Shown piece after piece: positions 29,701 through 43,118 of a stretch of DNA of 64,000 nucleotides. Position 1 is the first letter of the stretch. Each line of letters starts with the position of its first letter. The notes below the pieces were generated by a model. That model was given only the letters and a program-made list of their open reading frames with translations. It had not been told where the DNA came from and made no database searches. The translations under genes were made by a program, and so were the position numbers. Origin of the DNA: Eledone cirrhosa (taxonomy: Eukaryota); NCBI GenBank assembly GCA_964016885.1, contig OZ024743.1, forward strand, positions 1,550,001 to 1,614,000, in the 5' to 3' direction.

Positions 29701-32700
29701 TATGGATTGTTATTGTATGGATTGTTATTGTATGGATTGTTATTGTATGGATTGTTATAGTATGGATTGTTATTGTATGGATTGTTATTGTATGTCTTGT
29801 ATGTCTTGTATAGATTGTTATTGTATGGATTGTTGGTGTATGGATTGTTATTGTATGGATGTTATTGTATGGCTTGTTACTGTATGGATTGTTATTGTAT
29901 GGATTGTTACTGTATGGGTTGTTATTGTACGGATTGTTACTGTATGGATTGTTACTGTATGAATTGTTACTGTATGGATTGTTATTGTATGGATTATTAC
30001 TGTATTGATTGTTATTGTATGGATTGTTATTGTATGGATTGTTAGTGTATGGATTGATAGTGTATGGATTGTTAGTGTATGGATTGTTATTGTAGGGTTG
30101 TTATTATATGGATTGTTACTGTGTGGATTGTTACTGTATGGATTGTTATTGTATGGATTGTTATTGTATAGATTGTTAGTGTATGGATTGTTAGTGTATG
30201 GATTGTTATTGTATGGATTGTTATTGTATGGATTGTTATTGTATGGATTGTTACTGTGTGGATTGTTACTGTATGGATTGTTACTGTATGGATTGTTATT
30301 GTTTGGATTGTTACTGTATGGATTGTTATTGTATGGATTGTTACTGTATGGATTGTTACTGTATGGATTGTTATTGTATGGATTGTTATTGTATAGATTG
30401 TTACTGTATGGATTGTTATTGATTGGATTGTTAGTGTATGGATTGTTACTGTATGGATTGTTATTGTTTGGATTGTTATTGCATGGATTGTTACTGTATG
30501 GATTGTTATTGTATGGATTGTTATTGTATGGATTGTTATTGTAAGGATTGTAATTGTTGTGGATTGTTATTGTATGGATTGTTACTGTATGGCTTGTTAC
30601 TGTATGAATTGTTACTATATGGATTGTTACTATATGGATTGTTATTGTATGGATTGTTACTGTATGGGTTGTTATTGTATGGATTGTTACTGTATGGATT
30701 GTTATTGTATGGAGTGTTATTGTATGGATTGTTATTGTATGGATTGTTACTGTATGGCTTGTTACTCTATGGATTGTTACTGTATGGATTGTTACTGTAT
30801 GGATTGTTACTGTATGGATTGTGATTGTATGGATAGTTACTGTATGGATTGTTATTGATTGGGTGGTTATTGTGCAGATTGTTATTGTATGGATTGTTAC
30901 TGTTGGATTGTTATTGTATGGATTGTTATGGTATGGATTGTTAGTGTATATTTGTTATTGTATGGATTGTTACTGTATGGATTGTTATTGTATGGATTGT
31001 TATTGTATGGATTGTTGTTTATGGATTGTTACTGTATGTATTGTTAGTGTATGGATTGTTATTGTATGGATTGTTACTCTATGGATTGTTACTGTACGGA
31101 TTGTTATTGTATGGATTGTTATTGTATGGATTGTTATTGTATGGATTGTTATTGTATGGATTGTTATTGTATGGATTGTTAGTGTATGGATTGTTAGTGT
31201 ATGGATTGTTATTGTATAGATTGTTATTGTATGGATTGTTATTGTATGGATTGTTACTCCATGGATTGTTTCTGTATGGATTGTTATTGTATGGATTGTT
31301 ATAGTATGGATTGTTATTGTATGGATTGTTATTGTATGGATTGTTATAGTATGGATTGTTATTGTATGGATTGTTATTGTATGGATTGTTATTGTATGGA
31401 TTGTTAGTGTATGGATTGTTAGTGTATATTTGTTATTGTATGGATTGTTATTGTATGGATTGTTATTGTATGGATTGTTATTGTATGGATTGTTATTGCA
31501 TGGATTGTTATTGTCTGGATGGTTATTGCATGGATTGTTATTGTATGGATTGTTACTGTATTGATTGTTAGTGTATGGATTGTTATTGTATGGATTGTTA
31601 CTGTATGGATTGTTACTGTATGGATTGTTATTGTATGGATTGTTATTGTATGGATTGTTATTGTATGGCTTGTTATTGTTTGGATTGTCATTGTATGGAT
31701 TTTTACTGTATGGCTTGTTATTGTTTGGATTGTTATTGTTTGGATTGTTATTGTATGGATTGTTACTGTATTGATTGTTGTTGTATGGATTGTTACTGTA
31801 TGGCTTGTTATTGTTGGGATTGTTACTGTATGGATTGTTACTGTATTGATTGTTATTGTATGGATTGTTAGTGTATGGATTGTTATTGCATGGATTGTTG
31901 CTGTATGGCTTGCTATTGTTTGGATTGTTATTGTATGGATTGTTACTGCATGGCTTGTTATTGTTTGGATTGTTATTGTATGGATTGTTACTGTATGGCT
32001 TGTTATTGTTTAGATTGTTACTGTATGGATTGTTACTGTATTGATTGTTATTGTATGGATTGTTACTGTATGGCTTGTTATTGTTTGGATTGTTACTGTA
32101 TGGATTGTTACTGTATTGATTGTTACTGTATGGATTGTTATTGTTTGGATTGTTACTGTATGGATTGTTACTGTATTGATTGTTATTGTATGGATTGTTA
32201 TTGTATTGATTGTTATTGTATAGACTGTTATTGTATGGATTGTTACTGTATGGATTGTTAGTGTATGGAATGTTACTGTATGGATTGTTATTGTATGGAT
32301 TGTTACTGTATGGATTGTTACTGTATGGATTGTTACTGTATGGATTGTTATTGTATGGATTGTTACTGTATGGATTGTTATTGTATGGATTGTTACTGTA
32401 TGGATTGTTATTGTATGGATTGTTAGTGAATGGATTGTTACTGTATGGATTGTTATTGTATAGATTGTTACTGTATGGATTGTTACTGTATGGATTGTTA
32501 CTGTATTGATTGTTATTGTATGGATTGTTACTGTATGGATTGTTATTGTATGGATTGTTACTGTATTAATTACTTTTGTATGGATTGTTAGTGTATAGTT
32601 GGTAGTGAATTAATTACTTTTGTAAGGATTGTGAGTGTATGGATTGTTATTGTATGTGTTGTTATTGTATGGATTGTTAGTGTCGATTGTTACTGTATGG

Positions 32701-35700
32701 ATTGTTATTGTATGGATTTTTATTGTATGGATTGTTATTGTATGGATTGTTATTGTATGGGTTGTTATTATATGGATTGTTATTGTATGGATTGTTATTG
32801 TATGGATTGTTACTGCGTGGATTGTTATTGTATGGATTGTTATTGTATGGATTGTTAGTGTATGGATTGTTACTGTATGGATTGTTATTGTATGGGTTGT
32901 TATTGTATGGGTTGTCACTGTATGGATTGTTATTGTATGGATTGTTACTGTGTGGATTGTTACTGTATGGATTGTTATTGTATGGAATGTTATTGTTTAG
33001 ATTGTTAGTGTATGGATTGTTAGTGTATTAATTACTTTTGTATGGATTGTTAGTGTATAGATTGTTAGTGAATTAATTACTTTTGTATGGATTGTGAGTG
33101 TATGGATTGTTATTGTATGGGTTGTTATTGTATGGATTGTTACTGTGTCGATTGTTACTGTATGGATTGTTATTGTATGGATTGTTATTTTATGGATTGT
33201 TATTGTATGGATTGTTATTGTATGGATTGTTATTGTATAGATTGTTAGTGTATGGATGGTTAGTGAATGGATTGTTAGTGTATGGATTGTTATTGTATGG
33301 ATTGTTATTGTATGGATTGTTATTGTATAGATTGTTAGTGTATGGATTGTTAGTGTATGGATTGTTACTGTATTGATATTGTATGGGTTGTTATTGTTTA
33401 GATTGTTACTGTATGGATTGTTACTGTATTGATTGTTATTGAATGGATTGTTACTGTATGGATTGTTACTGTATGGATTGTTATTGTATGGATTGTTATT
33501 GTATGGATTGTTAGTGTATGGATTGTTATTGTATGGATTGTTATTGTATGGATTGTTATAGTATGGATTGTTATTGTATGGATTGTTATTGTATGTCTTG
33601 TATGTCTTGTATAGATTGTTATTGTATGGATTGTTGGTGTATGGATTGTTATTGTATGGATGTTATTGTATGGCTTGTTACTGTATGGATTGTTATTGTA
33701 TGGATTGTTACTGTATGGGTTGTTATTGTACGGATTGTTACTGTATGGATTGTTACTGTATGAATTGTTACTGTATGGATTGTTATTGTATGGATTATTA
33801 CTGTATTGATTGTTATTGTATGGATTGTTATTGTATGGATTGTTAGTGTATGGATTGATAGTGTATGGATTGTTAGTGTATGGATTGTTATTGTATGGGT
33901 TGTTATTATATGGATTGTTACTGTGTGGATTGTTACTGTATGGATTGTTATTGTATGGATTGTTATTGTATAGATTGTTAGTGTATGGATTGTTAGTGTA
34001 TGGATTGTTATTGTATGGATTGTTATTGTATGGATTGTTATTGTATGGATTGTTACTGTGTGGATTGTTACTGTATGGATTGTTACTGTATGGATTGTTA
34101 TTGTTTGGATTGTTACTGTATGGATTGTTATTGTATGGATTGTTACTGTATGGATTGTTACTGTATGGATTGTTATTGTATGGATTGTTATTGTATAGAT
34201 TGTTACTGTATGGATTGTTATTGATTGGATTGTTAGTGTATGGATTGTTACTGTATGGATTGTTATTGTTTGGATTGTTATTGCATGGATTGTTAGTGTA
34301 TGGATTGTTATTGTATGGATTGTTATTGTATGGATTGTTATTGTAAGGATTGTAATTGTTGTGGATTGTTATTGTATGGATTGTTGCTGTATGGCTTGTT
34401 ACTGTATGGATTGTTACTATATGGATTGTTACTGTATGGATTGTTATTGTATGGATTGTTACTGTATGGGTTGTTATTGTATGGATTGTTACTGTATGGA
34501 TTGTTATTGTATGGAGTGTTATTGTATGGATTGTTATTGTATGGATTGTTACTGTATGGCTTGTTACTCTATGGATTGTTACTGTATGGATTGTTACTGT
34601 ATGGATTGTTACTGTATGGATTGTGATTGTATGGATAGTTACTGTATGGATTGTTATTGATTGGGTGGTTATTGTGCAGATTGTTATTGTATGGATTGTT
34701 ACTGTTGGATTGTTATTGTATGGATTGTTATGGTATGGATTGTTAGTGTATATTTGTTATTGTATGGATTGTTACTGTATGGATTGTTATTGTATGGATT
34801 GTTATTGTATGGATTGTTGTTTATGGATTGTTACTGTATGTATTGTTAGTGTATGGATTGTTATTGTATGGATTGTTACTCTATGGATTGTTACTGTACG
34901 GATTGTTATTGTATGGATTGTTATTGTATGGATTGTTATTGTATGGATTGTTATTGTATGGATTGTTATTGTATGGATTGTTAGTGTATGGATTGTTATT
35001 GTATAGATTGTTATTGTATGGATTGTTATTGTATGGATTGTTATTGTATGGATTGTTACTGTATGGATTGTTATTGTATGGATTGTTATTGTATGGATGG
35101 TTATTGCATGGATTGTTATTGTATGGATTGTTATTGTATGGATTGTTATTGTATGGATTGTTAGTGTATGGATTGTTACTGTATGGATTGTTACTGTATG
35201 GATTGTTATTGTATGGATTGTTATTGTATGGCTTGTTATTGTTTGGATTGTTATTGTTTGGATTGTTATTGTTTGGATTGTTATTGTATGGATTGTTACT
35301 GTATTGATTGTTATTGTATGGATTGTTACTGTATGGCTTGTTATTGTTGGGATTGTTACTGTATGGCTTGTTATTGTTGGGATTGTTACTGTATGGATTG
35401 TTACTGTATTGATTGTTATTGTATGGATTGTTAGTGTATGGATTGTTATTGCATGGATTGTCACTGTATGGCTTGCTATTGTTTGGATTGTTATTGTATG
35501 GATTGTTACTGCATGGCTTGTTATTGTATGGATTGTTATTGTATGGATTGTTACTGTATGGCTTGTTATTGTTTGGATTGTTACTGTATGGATTGTTACT
35601 GTATTGATTGTTATTGTATGGATTGTTACTGTATGGCCTGTTATTGTTTGGATTGTTACTGTATGGATTGTTACTGTATTGATTGTTACTGTATGGATTG

Positions 35701-36737
35701 TTATTGTTTGGATTGTTACTGTATGGATTGTTACTGTATTGATTGTCATTGTATGGATTGTTATTGTATGGATTGTTATTGTATAGACTGTTCTTGTATG
35801 GATTGTTGCTGTATGGATTGTTAGTGTATGGAATGTTACTGTATGGATTGTTATTGTATGGATTGTTACTGTATGGATTGTTACTGTATGGATTGTTACT
35901 GTATGGATTGTTATTGTATGGATTGTTACTGTATGGATTGTTATTGTATGGATCGTTACTGTATGGATTGTTATTGTATGGATTGTTAGTGAATGGATTG
36001 TTACTGTATGGATTGTTATTGTATAGATTGTTACTGTATGGATTGTTACTGTATGGATTGTTACTGTATTGATTGTTATTGTATGGATTGTTACTGTATG
36101 GATTGTTATTGTATGGATTGTTACTGTATGGATTGTTATTGTATGGATTGTTATTGTATGGGTTTTTATTGTATGGATTGTTATTGTATGGATTGTTACT
36201 GTATAGATTGTTATTTTATGGATTGTTATTGTATGGTTTGTTATTGTATGGATTGTAATTGTATGGATTGTTATTGTATAGATTGTTACTGTATGGATTG
36301 TTACTGTATTGATTGTTATTGTATGGATTGTTACTGTATGGATTGTTATTGTATGGATTGTTACTATATGGATTGTTATTGTATGGATTGTTACTGTATG
36401 GATTGTTATTGTATGGATTGTTACTGTATGGATTGTTATTGTATGGATTGTTATTGTATGGGTTGTTATTGTATGGATTGTTATTGTATGGGTTGTTATT
36501 GTATGGATTGTTACTGTATGGATTGTTACTGTATGGATTGTTATTGTATGGATTGTAATTGTATGGATTGTTATTGTATGGGTTGTTATATTATGGATTG
36601 TTATTGTATGGATTGTTATTGTATGGATTGTTATATTATGGATTGCTATCTCGTAAACTCAATTGTAAGGCCTACTTATGCATGGATTATTATTGTATGG
36701 GTTGCTATAGATTAGATTGTTATGAGAGTAGTGTCAA
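23716..36737. repeat. ~13 kb 15-bp tandem satellite, consensus GTATGGATTGTTA(T/C/G)T, with ~3.6-3.8 kb higher-order repeats; intronic in gene A
   Basis: Roughly 870 units by length; rare variants recur at 25950/29554/33370; the ORF track repeats at a 3816-bp offset (e.g. 28794 vs 32610). Confidence 0.97.
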
Positions 36738-37206
36738 CTAAATATAAATGCTACATATAAACACATGCTGTATATATATTATATGTATGTAAAGGGTTAT
36801 AACACCGATTCATTGTGCTTCTGTGGGATTGTATATATGATGTGACCCTACTAACAGAAAATTTATGTTAAAAGCAGATTTTTATATAAAGAATTTATAA
36901 TCACTAAATTAGGAAATGATTACTTAAGTTAGTTAAGTTCAGAAATAGTAAAGATTTGGTATATCAATTGCTTTATCTTATAGCCGCGTTATCAATATAT
37001 GATCTGGTTCTTTTGTTTCTATGTTTACGATATGTATCGGATAGTCGTATATTAACAATAATTGTTATATACTATTAATTTCTAGCTTTGTCACTAGATG
37101 AAATATTTTTGATGGGAAGTATATTAGATTATATTGACCCACGTTATTTATTGGTAATTGTTTTAACGACATACAAAGATTAAATGCCAAAGGCGTGGTT
37201 CTGGAT

Positions 37207-37498
37207 GAGGCATGGGCAACCTTTTTCGAGAAGTGGGCCGCATGAGATATGGATCATCATCAGGCGGGCCGCAAGCGCTAATATACATTCGTGCCCATAT
37301 TTTAAAAAAAAAACGGCGGTAACTCAGGTTGCTTTGATTTGTTTCTTCAGAATTCGTACACGTTGTTTTCCTCGATCGTAAGATGATAAACGATAAATTA
37401 CGACTGAAAAGTTGGGGCAAAAAATCAGAAAGATTTCACTTAGGTGATTTAGGCGAGTCGTTCAGAAAGCTTCACGGGCCGCAGATTGCCCATGACTT
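37207..37498. mobile_element. hAT/Charlie-like MITE
   Basis: TIRs aggcatgggcaa / ttgcccatgact; 8-bp flanks ttctggat / ttctagac resemble the NTCTAGAN target. Confidence 0.7.
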
Positions 37499-37550
37499 TT
37501 CTAGACCGTAATGAAACGCAAGGGATATCTTACTATCATTATTAGAGCAG

Positions 37551-37679
37551 TTACGTCCCTTTACGATCTGAGTTCAAACCCGCCGAGGTTGACTTTGCCT
37601 TTCATCCTTACGGGGTCGATAAAATAAAGTACCAGTAATGCACTGGTGAATTGCTGGCCTTGTGCCTAAAGTAGAAACA
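37551..37679 (+). mobile_element. 5'-truncated SINE with 13-bp TSD
   Basis: attattagagcag on both sides; SINE core and tail present. Confidence 0.85.
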
Positions 37680-37808
37680 ATTATTAGAGCAGCTCAGTTA
37701 ATAACTATTGTAAAAGTCTACGTATAAACTATAAGAACGTTATGTATGATAATACAAAAGCATATAATTCAATTCTATATCAAGAAATATTTAGTGTCCG
37801 TTACGTAC

Positions 37809-37919
37809 CTATAGAACAATCCTTGCCTTCAAATCCAGGCAGGCATGCACATTTGAAATTCGTTCCATCTTGCGAACATTTTCCGTTATTTTTACAAGGA
37901 TTTTTACTGCATGGATCGA
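37809..37919 (-). CDS. Gene A: EGF-like exon 4
   Basis: 111 nt, phase 1-1; VDPCSKNPCKNNGKCSQDGTNFKCACLPGFEGKDCSI. Confidence 0.93.
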   Translation of the reverse strand, partial: SIHAVKILVKITENVRKMERISNVHACLDLKARIVL

Positions 37920-38039
37920 CTGCAAACAAGGAAATATGTATCACACCCAGTCAATAATGGTTACTTTCGATGTCTACAGAATGATACCTTCATTTGAATC
38001 TAAGCAATGTTTATACATGATGCAGGTTTTTTTACATAC

Positions 38040-38148
38040 CTAAAGAACAAGCCTTTCCTTCAAATCCAACTTTACACTGACATGAAATTATTTCGTTTAT
38101 TAATGCAACGTGCACCGTTTCTCCATGGGTTGCTACCACATGGATCAG
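38040..38148 (-). pseudogene. Defective EGF exon (109 nt: Cys2->Trp plus a 2-nt deletion) with intact splice sites
   Basis: ADPCGSNPWRNGARCINKRNNF, then frameshift; the shifted frame gives CQCKVGFEGKACSL; tttatag acceptor and gtatgt donor retained. Confidence 0.85.
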
Positions 38149-38406
38149 CTATAAATGTTATGATAGAAATGCAGAAACTCCATACAATCACATGATATAT
38201 AAATATGTAATTATGGGTTACTATCAAATTTTATTAAAGGCAAAGTTTTTATAAATGTTCAACTATAAAATTGAGATATGATACGTTAAAACATTTACCA
38301 CATGTTGTATATAGATGGTAATGTAATTTTAGATTTCTCTATGCATTTATATATGCTTTTATTATTAATTTAAGTACGCATATATGTATCTACGTGTATA
38401 TATATA

Positions 38407-38462
<56 letters not shown>

Positions 38463-38624
38463 GCTATTGTGTATGAGATGGTATTAGATAGAAATATAAC
38501 TGTGAGTAGATCTGTGACATGTTGAACAGGTTGTAGGAAAGTGGCACAAATCTCCAACAACAAATATATAATGAATTTATATACTCTAAATCGGGAGATG
38601 GGTAACTGAAATATTTTATAATTA

Positions 38625-38803
38625 ATTGTTTCTACTTTTGGCAATTACTCAGTGCATTACTGGTACTTTATTTTATCGACCCCGTAAGGATGAAAGGCAA
38701 AGTTAACCTCAGCGGGATTTGAACTCAGAATAGCAAGGGCCGTAACTCTATGCGTCAAAGCATGGCGTCTGACCCTCTACCGATACTGCCAATCCACTGC
38801 CCT
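38625..38803 (-). mobile_element. tRNA-derived SINE
   Basis: Reverse complement of the consensus, including A and B boxes. Confidence 0.85.
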
Positions 38804-39302
38804 ATTTTATAATATTTTATAATTAATGATTTGGCAATAGATCAATTAAAAGTTTTACCCTACAACCTCACGTTTAGTATATATTCTATATTATTTATAC
38901 GGTTACGATATATATTGAAATGGATATGCGTTAAGGATAATTGTAGAAAATCTGTTCTTGACACTTAATATTGCTGCAAGATCACGGGTTTTGGAAGAGA
39001 GTACAGTTGTTTATATTGACGCCAGTACTTCACTATTAATTGTTTTGTCACCCAGAAAGGATGAAAAATTAATTCGTCCAAGGTGAAAATTAAATTGAAA
39101 TCTATAACGAACCGTATTTATCATAAACACCGCAAGTTATTTTTTTCTCGCTCTACCATCTCTGTCTATGTACTGCAATTGTTCACCTTGTGAAATTAAT
39201 TAGTCATCAGTTTATAAATAGTGTAAATACAAATGTATAAATTGCAAACAATTTAAGATAGAATAAGTTGTAATCCGATTTGATATGCAAATATTTACAT
39301 AC

Positions 39303-39413
39303 CTATAGAACAATCCTTTCCTTTAAACCCAGACTTGCATGAACAAGTGAATTTCTTTCCATCGCGTGAACACACTCCACCATTTTGACATGGATTATTC
39401 TTGCATGGATCAG
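39303..39413 (-). CDS. Gene A: EGF-like exon 3
   Basis: 111 nt, phase 1-1; ADPCKNNPCQNGGVCSRDGKKFTCSCKSGFKGKDCSI. Confidence 0.93.
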   Translation of the reverse strand: MIHARIIHVKMVECVHAMERNSLVHASLGLKERIVL

Positions 39414-39618
39414 CTACAAATAATGGAATATGTAATAAAACCAATCGATGAGGCTGAAACGTAATATTCTTCGATTACCTACATAATAATAATACTTTTC
39501 TTTAAATCCCATTTCAACTGGAAGGTAATTCCCAAAACTTTCGAAAAACATCTTATTCTATACATTGCTTTGCTAGACACATATTAGGTTGAATGAAAAA
39601 TTCAACATTCAAACATAC

Positions 39619-39729
39619 CTACAGAACAATCCTTCCCATCAAATCCAGGTAAGCATATACAAGAGAAGATATTTCCAGTGCTAAAACAAATTCCGCCATT
39701 TTTACAAGGATTGGACCTACATGGATCTG
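39619..39729 (-). CDS. Gene A: EGF-like exon 2
   Basis: 111 nt, phase 1-1; ADPCRSNPCKNGGICFSTGNIFSCICLPGFDGKDCSV. Confidence 0.93.
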   Translation of the reverse strand, partial: QIHVGPILVKMAEFVLALEISSLVYAYLDLMGRIVL

Positions 39730-39898
39730 CTGCAAAGGGAAAGACTTAGAAGTAATAAAATGTCATATAGTTTTCTGAATTTTGGAGGAATAAGAAATGT
39801 GTATCAAATATCAACACGAAAATCCTTCCCCGTTCTATTCAATTAAACACACAAATATAATGATTTATTATTGAAAGTTTAATATGTTTAATACTTAC

Positions 39899-40009
39899 CT
39901 ATAGAACAATCGACTCCTGAATATCCGAATTTACAAGAGCAGCTGTATTTGGAGCCCTTATTTTTACATATTGCACCATTTTTACAGGGATTACTACTGC
40001 AGGGACCAA
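39899..40009 (-). CDS. Gene A: EGF-like exon 1
   Basis: 111 nt, phase 1-1; IGPCSSNPCKNGAICKNKGSKYSCSCKFGYSGVDCSI. Confidence 0.93.
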   Translation of the reverse strand: MVPAVVIPVKMVQYVKIRAPNTAALVNSDIQESIVL

Positions 40010-40631
40010 CTGTAAGTATAAAATAAATATTATACGAATAAACATTGTTATTCTGATCAAGACGAAGTGAGAGTATATTTGAATTCATAGAAAATGAGAA
40101 AACTCAATACAATAGCTGTTAAAACAGCCAAGTGCTGTCAATGACAGCGTTGGGTAAAAATGATTCGGAGAACAGAGAACAGTGGCTAGTGGACAGCAGA
40201 GAGACAAACCACGAGGTGGGTGACGGCTGCATAATATTTAGAAACATTTCTATATTTCATCTGCCCGTATTTATTTCAATTTAAGATGGACAAACTCCCA
40301 TCTGGTCACTGTATCAGCTTCAAATGACAGTCAACTCTGTTTTACTTCAAGGCTGAACTGAAGTTTGAAAGCAGCAGCAAGAGAATAGCATCACCATTAT
40401 CAACAGTAACAGCAAGCACAACAACAACTACAACAATAAGCAACGAGAAGGGAGGCCCTGTCCTGTCGTTTGAACTGTTAAAAATATCAGATATATTTTC
40501 AACTCGAACTTAAAATGGATGGATGCATATTATATAATGTTTTCTAGGCATACAAGAATATTGAACTGTCATGGGTAGAACGCATTTGATTATACATCAG
40601 TTCTTAACAAAAACAAACTTGAACTACTTAC

Positions 40632-40755
40632 TTAGTTTGTAAACGGAAAATGAAGAGTATCCACCGCATCCATCACCATTTCTACACTTGAAATTACATG
40701 CAAATGACAAACTATTCTTGTCATAATCATTTCCACAGTAGCAATCACCACCACG
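40632..40755 (-). CDS. Gene A: WSC domain 2, second half
   Basis: tttttgcag/gtaagt, 124 nt, phase 0-1; RGGDCYCGNDYDKNSLSFACNFKCRNGDGCGGYSSFSVYKL. Confidence 0.92.
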
Positions 40756-40959
40756 CTGCAAAAAGATTAAACACGTGATCAAAGTCAGGCAAAACATACA
40801 TATACTTTTGTATTCACTATTATTTTATTTATTGATAGATTATAATATTAGGTGCCAAGTTTCCCGTAACTCAGCCACACGATATACATATAGTATATTA
40901 TATATATGTATATATATATTTATGTGTGTGTGTGTGTGTGGATGGGTGTGGGGGGTACA

Positions 40960-41089
<130 letters not shown>

Positions 41090-41199
41090 AGCGTGTTAAT
41101 TGCTTCTTCTTGTCAAAAGTATACCATCTCCTCATTGAACATTGCACATTGCTTTTCAATCCAGATTCTGTGCTTCAAATACGTTTGTAGATGTCACAC

Positions 41200-42150
41200 T
41201 TAGTAGCAGCAGCTGAGATGTGTCTTCATATATTTTAGCATGGCTGGTCAGGCCGCCAACTAACTTGTAAATTAAGACACATTCAGTATAAACGTACAGC
41301 TCATGTGACTTTATATGGTTGACTAATCCAGCTCCTGAAAGAAGAAACCATCCCAACACATTGCACTTTAATTCAGGCTGGATTTCTAAGCACGTGTCCT
41401 GCTTGCGGAGTGAAAGTTTCAAAGCGGCCTGCCCCTCTCGCTTTTGCTCAGGCGCCACATTTATTCTTGACAGTCTTTCTCCATGATGCATTACCTTCCA
41501 ATTATCCACAAAAACCTCTAACATTGAGTTCTAATGCAGTACAGGTATCGGAGAAAGTATCCACTGTCGCCTACATTTCCTCAACTAAGTGTGCCACAAA
41601 ATCTGCATCATTAGCATAAAATCTCTTTGAAAAAGAGACTTTGCCAGAGGCTCTAAATCGCAAGTAAACACAGATTTTGCAATCTTTGAAGGCATATGTT
41701 AGTAGCAGGACAAGGTAGATGGAGAACAGAATGGGTGGGGGCATGTTACCTTGTTCGACATCGTTTTTCACTGAAATCGTTACTGAAAGTGTCCCATTGA
41801 AATATATTTTTGCTTTCATGTTGTGATGAAGCTTGTGGAACATCCCATCAAATTCAGGAAGGCAACCAAGCTGTCTCAATGTGACCCAGAATTCACTCCG
41901 GTTAACAGTATCAAAAGCCTTACTGAGGCCTAAAAATACTTGAAACAGTGGCACTCATTGCTCAATACACTTTTCCGTAAGCTGGTAGGTTGAAACGTCA
42001 TATCAAGAGTACTCCTCCCCCTGTGTCCCAAGGATGATATCAAGGCAGGTTCATTTTTTTAGTCTATTCAACAAAACCCTGAATAGAACTTTCACTACTG
42101 ATTCGATCAGGTTTATACCATTCCATTCAGACCGTACCTTTGAAATGGAA
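41200..42150 (-). mobile_element. Degenerate RTE-clade LINE fragment (RT)
   Basis: LFQVFLGLSKAFDTVNR...LRQLGC...VKNDVEQGNMPPPILFSIYL...YANDADFVAH, an RT-like sequence with frameshifts. Confidence 0.8.
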
Positions 42151-42208
42151 AGCGTAATTGCATCTATCTAATCATGCGGGAACGACTCACCATGCCAAAC
42201 AGATAAAA

Positions 42209-42347
<139 letters not shown>

Positions 42348-42990
42348 TTTATTGAGACCAAACTTGAGGTTGTTATTCTGAAGTTTCACATGCGTACTTA
42401 CAGGATCGAAGAATAAAGAATGAGAGAATGATTTTGTATAAAAGTCAACTTCAGTGACGTCATCTGATTCATAAGTTAAGAGCGAATATGAATGAAGTCA
42501 GTGTGGATTTGAGATTGATTTCTTATTTAGGAACAAGACCAGCAAACTTGGAGGAATACGAAGTTAATTAAATCACCCCCAATAACCGATTAAAACTTTA
42601 TTTCATCTATCACAGAAAGGCGTAGTTGACGTCGACGAAATGTCAACGCAGGGCCAAAACAAATACAGCAATATCATTTTATTTGATGCTTTAATATGCT
42701 GCCAATCCTCCACCATTGAATAGGCTTGAAATTAACAACATGACGATAAGTTGATCTGATGAAACATTGTAACACGTGACCAGTTAGAAACAAAACAGAA
42801 AACATACCATATGGCTAACGTACAAGAAAGGAATATAGAAATTTATTCGTTTATTTGTCTGTTAAAATATCGAAAATTTTTGAAAATATTTTGAAAAGTA
42901 TACGAAGTTAGCGTTAGTTATTTATTAGAAAAAGAACATGCACTGACTGAAAAAATATCATTTTATAGATTATTAATATAAGCAAGTTAC

Positions 42991-43118
42991 CTTCACACCA
43001 ACATATTTGTACTTGTTGTGCCTGCAAATCTTTCCACAATGTTCTACACTTCTAACATTAGTGTTTGCGAATTGCATCAATGGTTTATTGGAATTGGAAT
43101 TGAAACAACCTACGAATG
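42991..43118 (-). CDS. Gene A: WSC domain 2, first half
   Basis: tag acceptor, AAG|gtaact donor, 128 nt, phase 1-0; AFVGCFNSNSNKPLMQFANTNVRSVEHCGKICRHNKYKYVGVK. Confidence 0.9.

Noticed and set aside
23604-36741. Long ORFs of MDCYC, GLLLY, WIVIV or HTITI repeats (superficially metallothionein- or reflectin-like)
   Set aside because: They are open in several frames because the unit is 15 bp, and are frequently broken by indels. They lie in an intron, and the EGF-related NNNPY frame has stops.
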